From assembly GCA_001179505.1 (NCBI GenBank), contig CDMY01000274.1, positions 76,558 to 140,557 of the forward strand: a stretch of DNA of 64,000 bases, written 5' to 3'. Both the position numbers and the translations under genes were made by a program. The stretch is from Vitrella brassicaformis CCMP3155. Lineage: Eukaryota; Protista; Chromerida. Positions 25,824-37,806 of this stretch are shown piece by piece; the first letter of the stretch is position 1; every line of letters begins with the position of its first letter. The notes beneath the pieces were generated by a model, which was not told the origin of the DNA, did no database searches, and worked only from the letters and a program-made list of their open reading frames with translations.

Positions 25824-28800
25824 TCAACACACAAACAGAGGACGGCAGTGATTTGGTGAGGATGCATGTCTCTCGTGCCGTCCCACTTGATCACTCACTT
25901 GTGGGTGTTGCGTGGGTGCACCGGTATCGGTGAGCAGGTGGTACGGGCCGCTACTGGCCACTGCGGGCAGCCCGCCCTCGTCCACCTGTTCACTCACGGA
26001 ATGCGCAATGTCCATCTCGAGATCACTCTGATCGATCAGGCAAAGACACACATACTCACACAGACAGACAGAGCCCTCCCTCCCTCCCTCCCTGTGTCCC
26101 TTGACTCACCATGAACATGTTGCGCAGAATCTCCTCTCTGCCCAGCATCGCCGACCGCCGGTGCAGCTCGTCCAGCGTGGGGTCGGCACTCGCCCGACGC
26201 AAAATCGTCCCGAGGTTGCCCCTCCTCAACGAAGAGGACGGCTGCCTACCGACACCGACCTCCCCAGCCACTGGCAATGCCGCGCCATTGCGGCCGTTAA
26301 CCTCTGGCGGCATTTCTCCCAGGAAGTCAGTCTCGCCGACGATGACCTCGGAAATGTCCTTGCTGCCGGTGCGCGTCTCGAGTTCTTTCTTCTTTTGGTT
26401 TTTGATGCTCTCGAGGGTGACGAAGGCGTCAACAACGGCGGCGACGAGGATGTTGAGAATGAGGATGACGCAGATGATGTTGAAGGAGACCGTGTAGAGG
26501 CGGCAGAGCTTCCCGGCAGTGACCAGCTCCAAGCCGTCCTCCAGCACCTGCAGGACATTCAGTCATCACACACTTGTGGATGCGTGTGTGAGTTGTGTTG
26601 TGTGTGATGGTTGGTTGTTTGGTTACGTTCCAGTTGTTGACGATGAGCATTGAGAAGAGGGCCGTGAGTGCGCCAGGCATGTTGTTGAAGTTGCAGCCCC
26701 AAAACTGCGCGTCAGACCTGCACACACGACACACAGATGAGACAATCGGGGAGAGAGGTGACTTTCCTATACTCTTTCTCGTCATGTTGCTGACCAGTCT
26801 GTGTGTTGCAGCACGGGTGTGTCGGGCCAGATGAGTCCACCGAACCATTGGATGCCCACAACGCCGTACACGTAGAAACACACACACAGGATGGAGCTCA
26901 CTTGCAGGAAGGCACCCGTGGTGAACCATAGCGACACACCTGAAGACGTACACACACACACACACACACACAATGTAACCACACCAAACAGATCGCACCC
27001 GTTCACGATCACACAGAGCGACACGTGTGTGCTTCCTCCCCTCCCTTCTTACACAGCTGCTCCACCCTGGGAATGTGCCAGAGCACCCGCCCCAGCCGCA
27101 GCATCTGCACCACCGCCAGCGTCCTGGTCGAGATCTCCAGGCTCCATGACACAGCGTCATGCGACCCCTCCCCCCCGCCCCCGGCGGCCGCCGCTCCGGG
27201 CGGGAAGAACACCGCCAGAAAGGCCAGGATGGCCGCCTGGGCCGCGAACACCAGGGTGTCGAACCGGTTGGGTATCTGTGCTGTTCTGTTCCACACCCGC
27301 TCAAAGCCCACGCAAAAGAAGGCCGCCAGCAGGTCGATGGCGAAGGCGCACAGGAGGACCAGCTGCATGATGCCCCAGAAGGGGACATAGGAACCGTAGG
27401 GCACCCACACCTGTGTCGTGTGGTAGACAAATCGATCCACAGGCATACACATACACCATGAGTCGCTTAAGCGGCCTCGTTTCTCTGTCCCTCTTTCTCC
27501 CCCCTGTCTCTCTCACTTCGGTGGCTTGCGCGAGGGTCTTGGCGTTGAGGAAGGAGAGGGTCTGTGCCAGGGTGACCACGGCACTCACGACCACACAGGC
27601 GTCCATGACCAGCCCCCAGACGAGCGAGGCCGTCAGGTGCCCCACCTGCATCTGGATGCGCCGCAGGATGCCCATCCGCTCCACCGGCGGGTTCTTGACC
27701 AGATGCACAGCGGGGTCGGCCATCACCACCGCAAGCCGCAAGAACTCATGCAGCTCCAGCAGCCCCGACCTGCACAGCACACACACATCCATTAAGAGAG
27801 GACGGAGTGGTTCCTTTCTCCTCCTCACTGCAGACTCACTCAGTCACTCACCCAGAGAGGTCCATCAGCTCGAATATCCTCTCAGCCCGGCCCGTCTGGT
27901 ACTCGAGCACATCGCTCTGCAGCGTCTCCTCAATGCTGTCCCGCTGGGGGTACGCCAGCCGCAACAAGGGACCCCCCACACTCAGCCGACTGGCAGAGGC
28001 CAGCCGCGTCAGCAGCGCCATGGAGGGTGTGGGCGCGCCCCTCTCCCCCTGTGACTCTGGCGCGCTGTCGCTCCGCCTGAATGAGTGGGACCGTCTCCGC
28101 CTCTTGATGCACGACCGACAGATGCCGCGCGGCTTAAGGGCGAGCCGAGGGTGGCTGGTCACTGGCGAGAAGTAGCCGAGGAAAAACTCGACGAATGTCT
28201 CGCGGTCGATGCCGTTGCCTTCGGGCGTCTCGGTGCGGAGCAGATCGTAGGCGATCTCGATGGAGCGGTCCCGTGACGTGTAAAAGGCGCGCACCTCATC
28301 GCCTGACCGACAAGCAGACAGACAGACAGACAGACAATCCATTCACGGAACGACCCGCATGGCATAACAATGACGGACGAACGCAGCCGCCCACTCACTC
28401 ACCGAGTTCCTCCCTGTAGTAGTAGTAGAAGGCCGCTTTGAGGACGTTGGAGAGGAGGAAGAGGGTGACGACCATGAAGAAGACAAAGTAGAGGGCCGCC
28501 CAGCGGTTGATGTTGACGATGGGCATCATCACGTTGGGGAAGTTGACCGTCGTGAAGGTCACAAAGAGAAGGAAGAACGCCTCTGAGAAACTGACACAAC
28601 CACACACACACACACACACACAGACAGACAGACAGATAAACAGACAGACAGACAGACAGTCAGGTCGTCCAATGGCCACACCACACCATTTTTGTGTGTC
28701 CCCATGGCTCCGCACTGACCTCTCAAAGCCCTCCTCTGCCTCCCTGGTCCGCGCAAAGATCAGCACGCCGGCCCAGGTGAACAGAAAGAATACCGCGAAG

Positions 28801-29975
28801 CAGAGCAGGAAGACGTCCAGGGACGTCACGAGGGTGCGATACACGCGCACCACCTCCTTCTGCGCCGTCTTGAAGATGAACACAACCATCACCTGGACAC
28901 ACACACATACACACACACACACACACACATCCACCCTGACCTCTCTCCGGAAAAACTTCCTAACCGGTCTGAACATTCGTGAGATGGTGGGCAGTGAGCC
29001 GTAGAGCGCCACCCGCCCCAGCTGCAGGCAGTCCACCAGCAGCAGCAGCCCCAAAAGGCTCAGGCCGATGATGCGCCTCGGGAAGGTCGTGATGCTCTTC
29101 CGACCATAGGTTAGGACACGCATCACAAACCGCGCGCTGAAGACCAGCAGGCAGGCCATGTCGAGCGTGACGGACAGCCACCACGGCAGCAGGGGGTAGG
29201 TGGGGCTCTCGACGATGCGGCATGACGCCAGGTCTGATGGCGTCGCGATGAGGCCCCGCATGCACCAGCTGGGGATCTGAAGGAGAAGGAAGCAAAGGAG
29301 GAATCATCAGTCCGAGCTGTCGGTGGTGCGTGTGATGATGACAGACCTCGAAAAAGACCAGTGTGAGGTAGACGACTGTCGCCACAACCAGGAAGGGCTT
29401 CAGGCGGCGCTGCACGACGTACCACACGAGCGACCTCTCGTCGAGCTCCGTGGCCTTATCGTCAAGGCCTCTCCCCTTCCACGCCCTCTCAACCCAAAGA
29501 GCCGCCTGAGGCCCTCACGCACCACACCACACCACACATCCTGACCTGGAGTGTTCACTCTTCCGTGCACAGCGATACTGCCCACCTTCTGCAGCCTGGC
29601 CACCCTCTCAATCTCAGTCTCGTTGCCCCGAAGCCCCCCGCTGCTGGTGGCCGTGCTGACGCCGCGGTGAAGACCCGCTCTGCCCACATCAGCTTGGTAG
29701 CGGTCCTCGGCATCCACCTCGGGAATGGACGCCGGCTGCGCGGGCAGTGTGGGTGGCTCGGCCGGGATATACGCAGTCGCAGGGAAGACCGTGGTGCTTG
29801 ACTTCCGGCGAAAGCCGGTGGGAGCGCTGCTGGCGTGTGGAGGGCGGGCCGGACTGGCAGATGCAGACGAGAATGAAGCACATCGCGCGATGTTCATCGT
29901 CGAAGCGTTGGAGGGCTGCACAACCACACGTACGCGATTGGGACAATTGAACCACCGAGGAGCATTCATACTCAT
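25824..29975 (-). CDS. TPC: Two-pore channel with EF-hand linker
   Basis: Two 6TM units; pore I LFVTFTTVNFPNVMMP; pore II NFNNMPGALTALFSMLIVNNW; S6-II ILILNILVAAVVDAF; linker IFELMDLSG|SGLLELHEF. Start codon and last exon less certain. Confidence 0.9.
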
Positions 29976-30188
29976 GGAAAGATCTGTGTGTTTGACAGTT
30001 TTTTTCGTACCAGATCTGAAAGCTTGTATACAACCAAAGCGGACGGCCTCGCTGTTTCCAAGAGATGCTGTTTCCTCTCCCCTGGCAGTTGCGAGCTTTT
30101 CTGCGCGCTCAAATGCAAGAAGAGGACAGGTTGGATGCAGTTTTCTCCTCGCTGGAGTATCGCACTCTGCCCTATCAGCGACGTGCGA

Positions 30189-30225
30189 GGCGCAATTGCT
30201 GCTCCCTGGCGCAATTGCTGCTCCC
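30189..30225. repeat. 18-bp direct repeat x2 with palindromic core GCAATTGC, in a divergent intergenic region
   Basis: ggcgcaattgctgctccc-t-ggcgcaattgctgctccc, between the TPC start and the copy B start. Confidence 0.8.
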
Positions 30226-30246
30226 GTCCATTAGCGTGTGTTCGAG

Positions 30247-32025
30247 ATGTCTGGTGACGCTGATGGCGGGAAGCGCCAGCGCGTCGACGGTCCGGCTGCC
30301 GCAGGTGAGCTGAGGGAGATGGAGAGGATGGGGTGAAGCATGGTATGAACAGATCATGTGCTGTGTGTTGTCAGATCATGGGATGAGTGGGATGTCATCG
30401 CACCAGCAGATGGATGCCGCCCATGACGCATCGGTGGGCGGTCTGTCCCATACACCTTGGACAGCCCTCTGTGCGCCACCATAACTCTGTCTTCTCTGTC
30501 TGTGTGCAGGCGGCCGGCGACAGTCTCAGTTTTGAGGAGCTGCAGCGGCGCTTCTCAGTACTGCTGGCACAAGTGACACAGGTGAGGACGCGATGACGAT
30601 ACACATCCACACACACAGCTCGGCCTTGTGTTGGTCAGGTGGAGTGTGATGTGACGACCATTGAAGGCTCGTTCGTCGCCAATGTCGAAGCCCAGGTCAG
30701 AGCCTTCATCCCATCACCACCGCCGCCATAACTGGTTCCTCTCTGTCTGTGTCGATGGCCTCAGGTGCCCTCTGTTGCTCCTCACTGGTCCACCCTCAAG
30801 AGCAGCATCTCGGCCGCCTCTGACGCCCTCACCGCCATCACACAAGGCATGGCGGCCCCTCACTCACCCCAGGCCCCTCCCTCACACCCCCACCCCTCCC
30901 TACCAGCCGCCCATGCCCCCACTCAGACCACAAACAATACAGCTGCAGACGGCCTGCCGCCTGATGTCTGCCGCGACGTGGTCTACCCGATGCTGTCGGT
31001 GGATGAGGCCGTCTGCTCGGCCCGCCGCATCAGTTGGGCACACGGCAGACAACTCGTCAATGAGGCCTTCATTCAGAGCCGCGTCGACAAGCACCTCACG
31101 GACAACAACCTCACCGGCCTCATCGACATGCAGCGCCCGACACTTCAGTACTACACCAAGTGCGCATATGCACTCGAGTACGGCGGGGCGGTGTGGTGTG
31201 AGTGGCCCGACTTCATCCGGCTGGCTGACATCTACAAGCTGACGCCGTCGACTGGTTTGCTGCCTTTGATCATGTCGCCCCAGTGGATGGCGCAGCACTT
31301 CCGCAGCAAGAGGGACTTCCACTCGATGCCCGCGGCCCTCCGCCAGTACAGCACATTCGGCCACCTCCTCAACTACCGGGGGACCAGCCTGGCGCTCACA
31401 AAGGTGGATGAGGCCGGTGATAGCAATGAGGGCAAGAAAGAGGCCAAGAAGGAGGGGGAGGGTGGGGTGACGCGGCAGCGGTATCGCATCGGAGACGGTG
31501 GCGTCACCCTCCATGAGTTCGAGACGGTGCCGCTGTCCGCCCTCCCTCCCGACAGCCCCGTCCGTGACACATATGATCCCCACAACCCGCCCATCCGCCT
31601 CGGTCTCCCCCTCTCCCCTTCGTTCACGGCCTTCATGAAAAGGATGGTCTTGGACATGTGGCGTGACCAAGAGAGGGTGGGTCAGAAGCAGGTGTTCCGG
31701 GTGGGAGGGGGCGGTGGTCATGAGGGCTATCGGTCGCTGCTGACCTGTCCCATCGACGGCCACACCACCATCAACTTTCATCTTCACCGCCGAGGAGGGG
31801 GATCGTCGGCGACGGCGACACATCATCCTCAAGGGCATGAGGGAGGGCGACACCATCTCCGCCCAACTGTACCTGCACAGTGGTCACATCCAGCTCTACA
31901 CGACCGAGGTGGAGCTCGAGGGCCACACGCGGCTGTCTGACCAGTTCCCCATCGCGATGTCCCTGGTCCGCCCCCTGCTGACCAAACACGGACTCGCCCA
32001 CATCATACCCATCATGCCGCAGTAG
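30247..32025 (+). pseudogene. Family copy B (divergent) with spliced N-terminal extension and an apparent 1-nt insertion at 31776-31778
   Basis: Exons MSGDADGGKRQRV..|DHGMSG..HDAS|AAGDSLSFEELQRRFSVLLAQVTQ|VECDVTT..AQ|VPSV.., then LPPDVCRDVVYPMLSVDEAV. The family C-terminus (IILKGMREGDTISAQLYLHSGHIQLYTTE..LSDQFPIAM..LLTKHGL) lies in a shifted frame. Could be a sequencing error. Confidence 0.65.
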
Positions 32026-33777
32026 AGAAGACCACACAGGTGAGCCAAGGGGAGGACAACAGGCAGGCAGTGCCACAGATGGTGGTCTGTGTATCTTGTG
32101 TGTGTGTCTGCGTGTCTGTGTGTGTGATGGTGTGCAGGTTGACTTGTTCCGAGTATTGGCTGAGAGTCTCAAGTAGATGGATGGATGGATGGACCGAGGG
32201 GTCTGTTTCGAGTGCCCAGGGGCCGAGAGGCCAGTGGTCGCATGGATGGATGGGTGGGTGGGTGTGTACGTGGATCTTCGTTTCAAGCGACACTTTTTCC
32301 CAAAGACATCTTGACGACGGCAGACCATTTTCTGCCGACGTGCGCATCAGAGAGAGAGAGAGAGAGCCGAGAGTTGCGTCGGTTATTTCCCAGCGGTGGA
32401 CGTCCAGGTCTTTCTGTGTGTGGCGTGCCCGTCTATCTGTCTGTCTGTCTGTCTGTGTTTCGGAATGACGCGCACGCGTATCTATCAGTTACGTCGGCGG
32501 CATGCACCAGTAGGTAGATCTTCTACTAGGCGGCATTGCCAGGAAAACGACGCCATGTCTGTTTTCTTAGTGCCTGCGTCGATGTGCCTGGTGGTGGTCG
32601 TGTGTGTCGTAGGCCTTCCCTCTCTCTCTCTGTCTGTCTGACTGACTGATTGACTGACTGACTGACTGACTTAATAATCCCTTGCGCGTCTTTTGTGTTG
32701 ACGCATACGTGAGCGGCACAAAGACCCGATGTCAGCACCGCCTTGTCCATCTTGTTGTTCTGTGCTGTAACGCTGACTGGTGGGTGGCGTGTGTGCCTTG
32801 GTGAAGGAAGCGGCTCAGTGGTTCATTCCATTCCATGGCATTTATACACATGTAGGTAGGTATGTATGTATGTATGTGTGCGTCTGTGTGCATACGACAC
32901 TCACTGGTATGAGACAGACAGACAGACAGGTGGCTGGGCGAAAGACACACAGGGGAGAGGCCAACACGCGACACATCCAGCCAGCTGTGGCGTGGGGCAT
33001 GTGTGTCTTCTGCCTTTATCTATATTGTCACTCTCCGACGGCTTGAAAGTGATTACCGTCCAGCGCTTCTTTGCCGTTTTTGATGGTCTTTGCTCCGTTC
33101 CATTCCATCACATCACATACACTTTCAAGGCGCTGTCCGGTGTCCGCGTGTCATTCACGTGTGTGTGAACGAGACGGACGGCTGAGCGAGGCGCAAAGAG
33201 ATACATACAGCTGGTGGCTGGGGGGTGCGTGTGAGTGAGAGTGTGCGTGTCTTCTGCCTCAATGCATCGTCGCTGTGTGTGGTGGTACTCGATCGATCGT
33301 TGCATGGTTCGGGGCGGGCGGGTGCACCAGACAGACGGGCGAGTGCATGGAAGTGCGGCCGCTCTTTTTTCGGCCAGAGAGTGTTGCATGCCTCCCTCAC
33401 ACTTTCTACGCGTCCGCCGATGTGCATGTCTTTATCGTGTACAGTACGCAGTCGATGAATCACTCCCTACCTGACTTTCTTTGCGCACGACGCTCGGAAT
33501 TATCATCCCCAGAGACATAAGGCGACAGTTTTCCAGATGTGCGCCTCCCTGAAACCGCTGTGCCGGACGCCTGAGTCCGAGCTTTTCTCCGAGCTCTCAA
33601 GGTGGAGGGATATTCCTGCATCCAGCGTAGTCCTACGCGCACTCAGGTGAGGCATTTCCATGATTCACATCGCCGGCACACGCCTCGTCCATTGATTGAT
33701 GATCCTACCAATCTATTATCCCTGGGTCTATCAGTAACGGGAGATCAGCAGGACCGGCAGCAGGAGCAGATCACCAG

Positions 33778-36045
33778 ATGGAGCAAGCACAGGTGCGTCT
33801 TTCTGGCGCACCCACTCCGTAGCACCCTCACGTGTGGCCTTTCTGTGCGCCTCCATGTGGTGCAGATGGCAAGCCAGTTTGAGTGCATGGTGTGCAAAGA
33901 CTCCTGCGAGATCCATGGCTCCTACGAGCTCGAGTGCGGACATCGCCTCTGCAGGTGGGAGAGGGCAGGGAGGGGTGGAGCGAGACAAAACGAGATGGCC
34001 GTATGTTGATGTGTGTGTGTGTGTGTGTGCCTGTGTGTGGTGGCTGCCCTGCTGCAGTGATTGTTTCGTCGGATACGTCAAGTCGAAGGTCGACGGGGGC
34101 AGAGTCTCTGGTACAGAGAGTCCGCCACCCACCACTGTCAACACAAACACGTCTCGTCTGCCACCATCCATATCCATATCATCCACACTAACGACTCCTC
34201 CTTATTTGTCTCTCTCTGTGCCGCATTCATTGAATCTCAGCCAACGATCTACGGTGCCCTCACGTGGACGAGCAGAACAATCAGTGTCAACAGGTGCGCG
34301 CCACTGGTGTCATGTCTGTGTGGACGCCTGACTGATGTGTTGATGGGTCTGCCTGCCTGCGTCCTTTCAGGAGCTGTCTTACGACCAGATCGTCGGGGTC
34401 CTCTCAGAGGAGGACAAGCAGAAATTCCTCCGCTTTCGGTTCGCTCGCGTGATAAGTGGAGCGGGGAATAGTGTGTGTGTGTCTTTGTGTGTGCGCGTCG
34501 TTCAGTTTGGAGCAGTATCAGCCGGGCGACAACGAAATGAAAGTGTTAGTCCCACAACACGACAGAACCACAGGAACTCGCATACGTAATCCGTGTGTGT
34601 GTGGGGGTTCATGGCTGCAGCACATGCCCCTCGCCCGACTGCGTCACCTACATCATCGACAAGACGGCCACATCGGTACGCTACACCCAAGCGTGCACCA
34701 GCCACACACACACACACGCGAAAGAATCATTGACATTGCGTATTAATGATCTAAACAGGTGAAATGCGCCCAATGCGGCCGTAAGTTCTGCCCTCACTGC
34801 TTGGAAGAGGTGAGCTCATGCTCTGACGCAATGGATAACACACACACAGAGGGCTGCCATTAACGACCAGGCCCACGAGGGCAGTACGTGTGAGGAGTAT
34901 CGACGGTGGAAAGAGGAGAACTCTCAGGGCGATGGCGCCTTCAACCGACTCGCAGAGCGGGAGGGATTCAGGGTATGGCGCCAGCAGAGGGCACACATGT
35001 GGCAAGAACGGACAGATGTGTGCGTGCCATGTGTGCATGTGTGTTTCATTTGCAGCGTTGCCCGGTGTGCGGCGTCATGTGCGAGAAAGTGAGGGGATGC
35101 AACTTCATGACCTGCGAGGTGCGTCGGGATATGCACGTCAATGGGGGGATGGATGGGCACGTGTCAATCTGCTGCCGATTCTGTCTGTATGTCTGTCTGT
35201 CTGTCTGTCTGCAGTCGATTCAGTGCAAGGCCAATAGGGTTCATTTCTGCTACATCTGCGGCCAACAGCTGACACGGGCTGACGTATGTCGCCATCAATC
35301 ACATGATGTGACGCGCACACACTCGTCATGTCACCTATTATCTTCCTGCTGTCCTCTCTCAGCACTACACGCATTTCGGTGTTCACGGCCCCTTTGGTGA
35401 CGGCTGCGTCATCGTGCCAAACCCCCAGCAAGGTGGGAATCCACACAATGGCACACACACAGCCTGATCAGCAAGACTGCTCATCGTGGCCGTTTTTCCT
35501 CCGTTGGTTCAGCCCGTCCGTACATCCATCCCGATGCGCGTGTCGTGCCTGTCCACCCGCCACGCCCACACCGTGCCTACAGGGGTGGCGCGGCTGCGGC
35601 TCCGGCTGCCCCGGCAGCCGGAGGACCAGGACCAGCGCCAGCGCCCGGCATACCCGAATTCCTCCGCGCCTTTCTTCAAGAACTTCCTGGGGGGATGGAG
35701 GTGGCGGCGGCTCAGAGGGAGATGGCCGCCGAGCAGAGGGAGATTCAGCGAGCGATGGCCGCCGCGCAGAGGGACATGGCGGCGGCGCAGAGGCAGATGG
35801 CCGCCGACCAAAGGGCAGTGCAGCTGGAGGCGGCCGCCGCGCAGAGGCAGATGGCCGCCGACCAGAGGGCGAGGCAGCTGGAGGCGGCCGCGGCGCAGAT
35901 GCAGATGGCGGCGGCACAGAGGCAGATGGCGGCCGAGATGGCCGCCGCGCAGAGGCAGATGGCGGGTGAGCAAAGGGCAATGCAGCGCGAGATGGCACAG
36001 ATCGCCAGGGCGATGGCCGCGTCGCAGAGGGGGGTGATGGGATGA
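33778..36045 (+). CDS. RBR (RING-IBR-RING2) E3 ubiquitin ligase with C-terminal repeat tail
   Basis: RING1 CMVCKDSC..LECGHRLC|SDCFVGYV; IBR TCPSPDC..VKCAQCGRKFCPHCLEE|AHEGSTC; RING2 RCPVCGVMCEKVRGCNFMTC..C..HFCYIC. Confidence 0.9.
35695..36030 (+). repeat. Coding tandem repeat of about 21 bp (MAAAQRQ-like heptad)
   Basis: Repeated atggccgccgcgcagaggcag variants encoding MAAAQRD/MAAAQRQ/MAADQRA/LEAAAAQRQ. Confidence 0.85.
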
Positions 36046-36651
36046 TGAGATGACGCAAATGCTCGAGGTTTTCTGCCTGTCACATGCACGGTATGTTGTG
36101 CGTACGTGCCTTTCCTCCCTCCATCCACCCACACATGGATCCATACATCCATGCCGACTCTTTTATTCAGTGAGTCAGTCATGTCGTTTTCTAGTCGTGC
36201 CTGCCACCTTGCCACCTTGCATATATTTTGTCACCTTGCGTGTCGTCACGTCGATGTCTGCAGACGCTGGTTTTTTCCGACAACAGGTAGTCCTGGTTGT
36301 TTGCCCTGCCTGAGGTGCGTGTGTCATGTGTGTGTGAGTGTATTGAGTGCCTTTTTTCACTCTGCCACCCACGTGTTGGGTGAATGAGGACGGACACAAC
36401 AGAAGACTCAGCCAGGTGAGCGCATTGATTTTTCATGATGGATGCTGACAAGTCCTCAGTGGCGGCCGACCGGTCAGTGTCAGAACTACTCATACGCACA
36501 CACACATACACACATAAATACACATGGCGACCACAGGAGCGAGCTCAGACGGTTTGGCTCCACACACGCACAGGCACTTAAGTCATCGGCACAGGCTCTT
36601 CATCCTATCAGGCCCTACTATCTATCTATCTTATCTCATCAGTATACTAAC

Positions 36652-37707
36652 TCACACCAAAACCCTCCCGCTCTCGATATCAAAGTGCCCCAGCACATGG
36701 CGCCACATCGGCATCGACACAGGGAATCGGACGCTCAGCGGGGCAGGGGCAGCGGCGGCAGGGATTTCTGTCGTATACAGATGGATCAACGCCTTCGCCA
36801 CCCACAGCCGGCCAGCCGCACTGTCCTCAGGTTGGAGGCCGCTGACATACACACGAAGACACCTCCTTGTGATGTCTGCTCGATGCTGCTCGGGAATGTC
36901 ACCGTCGAGCAGCGACCGATAGACACTGTCTTGAACGGTCATGGGCGCCCGCAGCGAGATCCAGTGCCTCATCCCCAGGGTGTCCAGGAGAAAGGCCGAG
37001 AAGGAGAGATAAACCCAGGGCCCCCATCGGACGACTGGGTCACTCTGCTGGTACCCCTCAGCAAAGCGGTGATTCACCGGGAGATCACCCAACGGCACCA
37101 CACGCAAGAGCACCCGACGGAACGAACGAGTTCCGATTGCATACAGCCGATTCTTGAGCGGCTGCAGCGTGAGGCTGTATCCGTTGCATGTCAGCTGATG
37201 TGAAAGCAGCTGATAGATCGCCACAGTGAGGGGCACCGAATCAAAGGCGGCCCGGCTGTGTAGGTGAGCCACTGACAGCACCAGGGGCAGCCCATTGGGG
37301 GTCAGCCGACAAATGGCGGCCAGCCGGACAGCCATGCCCATCACACGCCACTCACTGCCGCCCTGCTCCAGCACATAAAGGCATCGCACCAAGTAGCCCA
37401 AGCGCGTCAGCCGTCGGCCGGTCAACCGTCTTGTGTATGCCCTCAGCCGCTGCAAGCAGCCCAGAATCACGCCGATAAGGCCGCCGAGCTGATTGAGAGA
37501 GGGCGTGGTGCGGTCGATGTCGATGAGGCCAGTGAGTCCATGGCGGCTGAGGAGGGCGTCGATGCGCTGCAGAAGCAGGTCCGCCGTGATCACCGCTGCG
37601 TGTGATCTGTCGGTGGCTCGAGCGGCAACAAGCTCACAGACGGGAAGGCACGGCAGCACCCCGCTGCGCCACAGCGGATCATCAGCAGTCATGGATGTGG
37701 GCGTCAT
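36652..37707 (-). CDS. Intronless family protein, copy C (351 aa)
   Basis: N-terminal part nearly identical to copy A (LPCLPVCELVAARATDRSHAAVITA.LLLQRIDALLSRHGLTGLIDIDRTTPSLNQ); C-terminal half diverged and shorter. Confidence 0.8.
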   Translation of the reverse strand: MTPTSMTADDPLWRSGVLPCLPVCELVAARATDRSHAAVITADLLLQRIDALLSRHGLTGLIDIDRTTPSLNQLGGLIGVILGCLQRLRAYTRRLTGRRLTRLGYLVRCLYVLEQGGSEWRVMGMAVRLAAICRLTPNGLPLVLSVAHLHSRAAFDSVPLTVAIYQLLSHQLTCNGYSLTLQPLKNRLYAIGTRSFRRVLLRVVPLGDLPVNHRFAEGYQQSDPVVRWGPWVYLSFSAFLLDTLGMRHWISLRAPMTVQDSVYRSLLDGDIPEQHRADITRRCLRVYVSGLQPEDSAAGRLWVAKALIHLYTTEIPAAAAPAPLSVRFPVSMPMWRHVLGHFDIESGRVLV

Positions 37708-37806
37708 ATATGGAAGTCGCCAGGCGTCGAAACATGGATGTCACAGCCATTGGAAGGGCGAGCTCGAACTTCTTTTTGCGAGCTCAGACCAGAGGCTACG
37801 GAAGAG

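Noticed and set aside
30900-31856. 318-aa antisense ORF; similarly 62161-63273 (+) and 24235-24861 (-)
   Set aside because: Mirror frames of the family genes, expected from GC3-rich codons.
32500-33640. Possible small minus-strand spliced gene
   Set aside because: Some splice-like signals, but I could not build a phase-consistent model or recognise a product.
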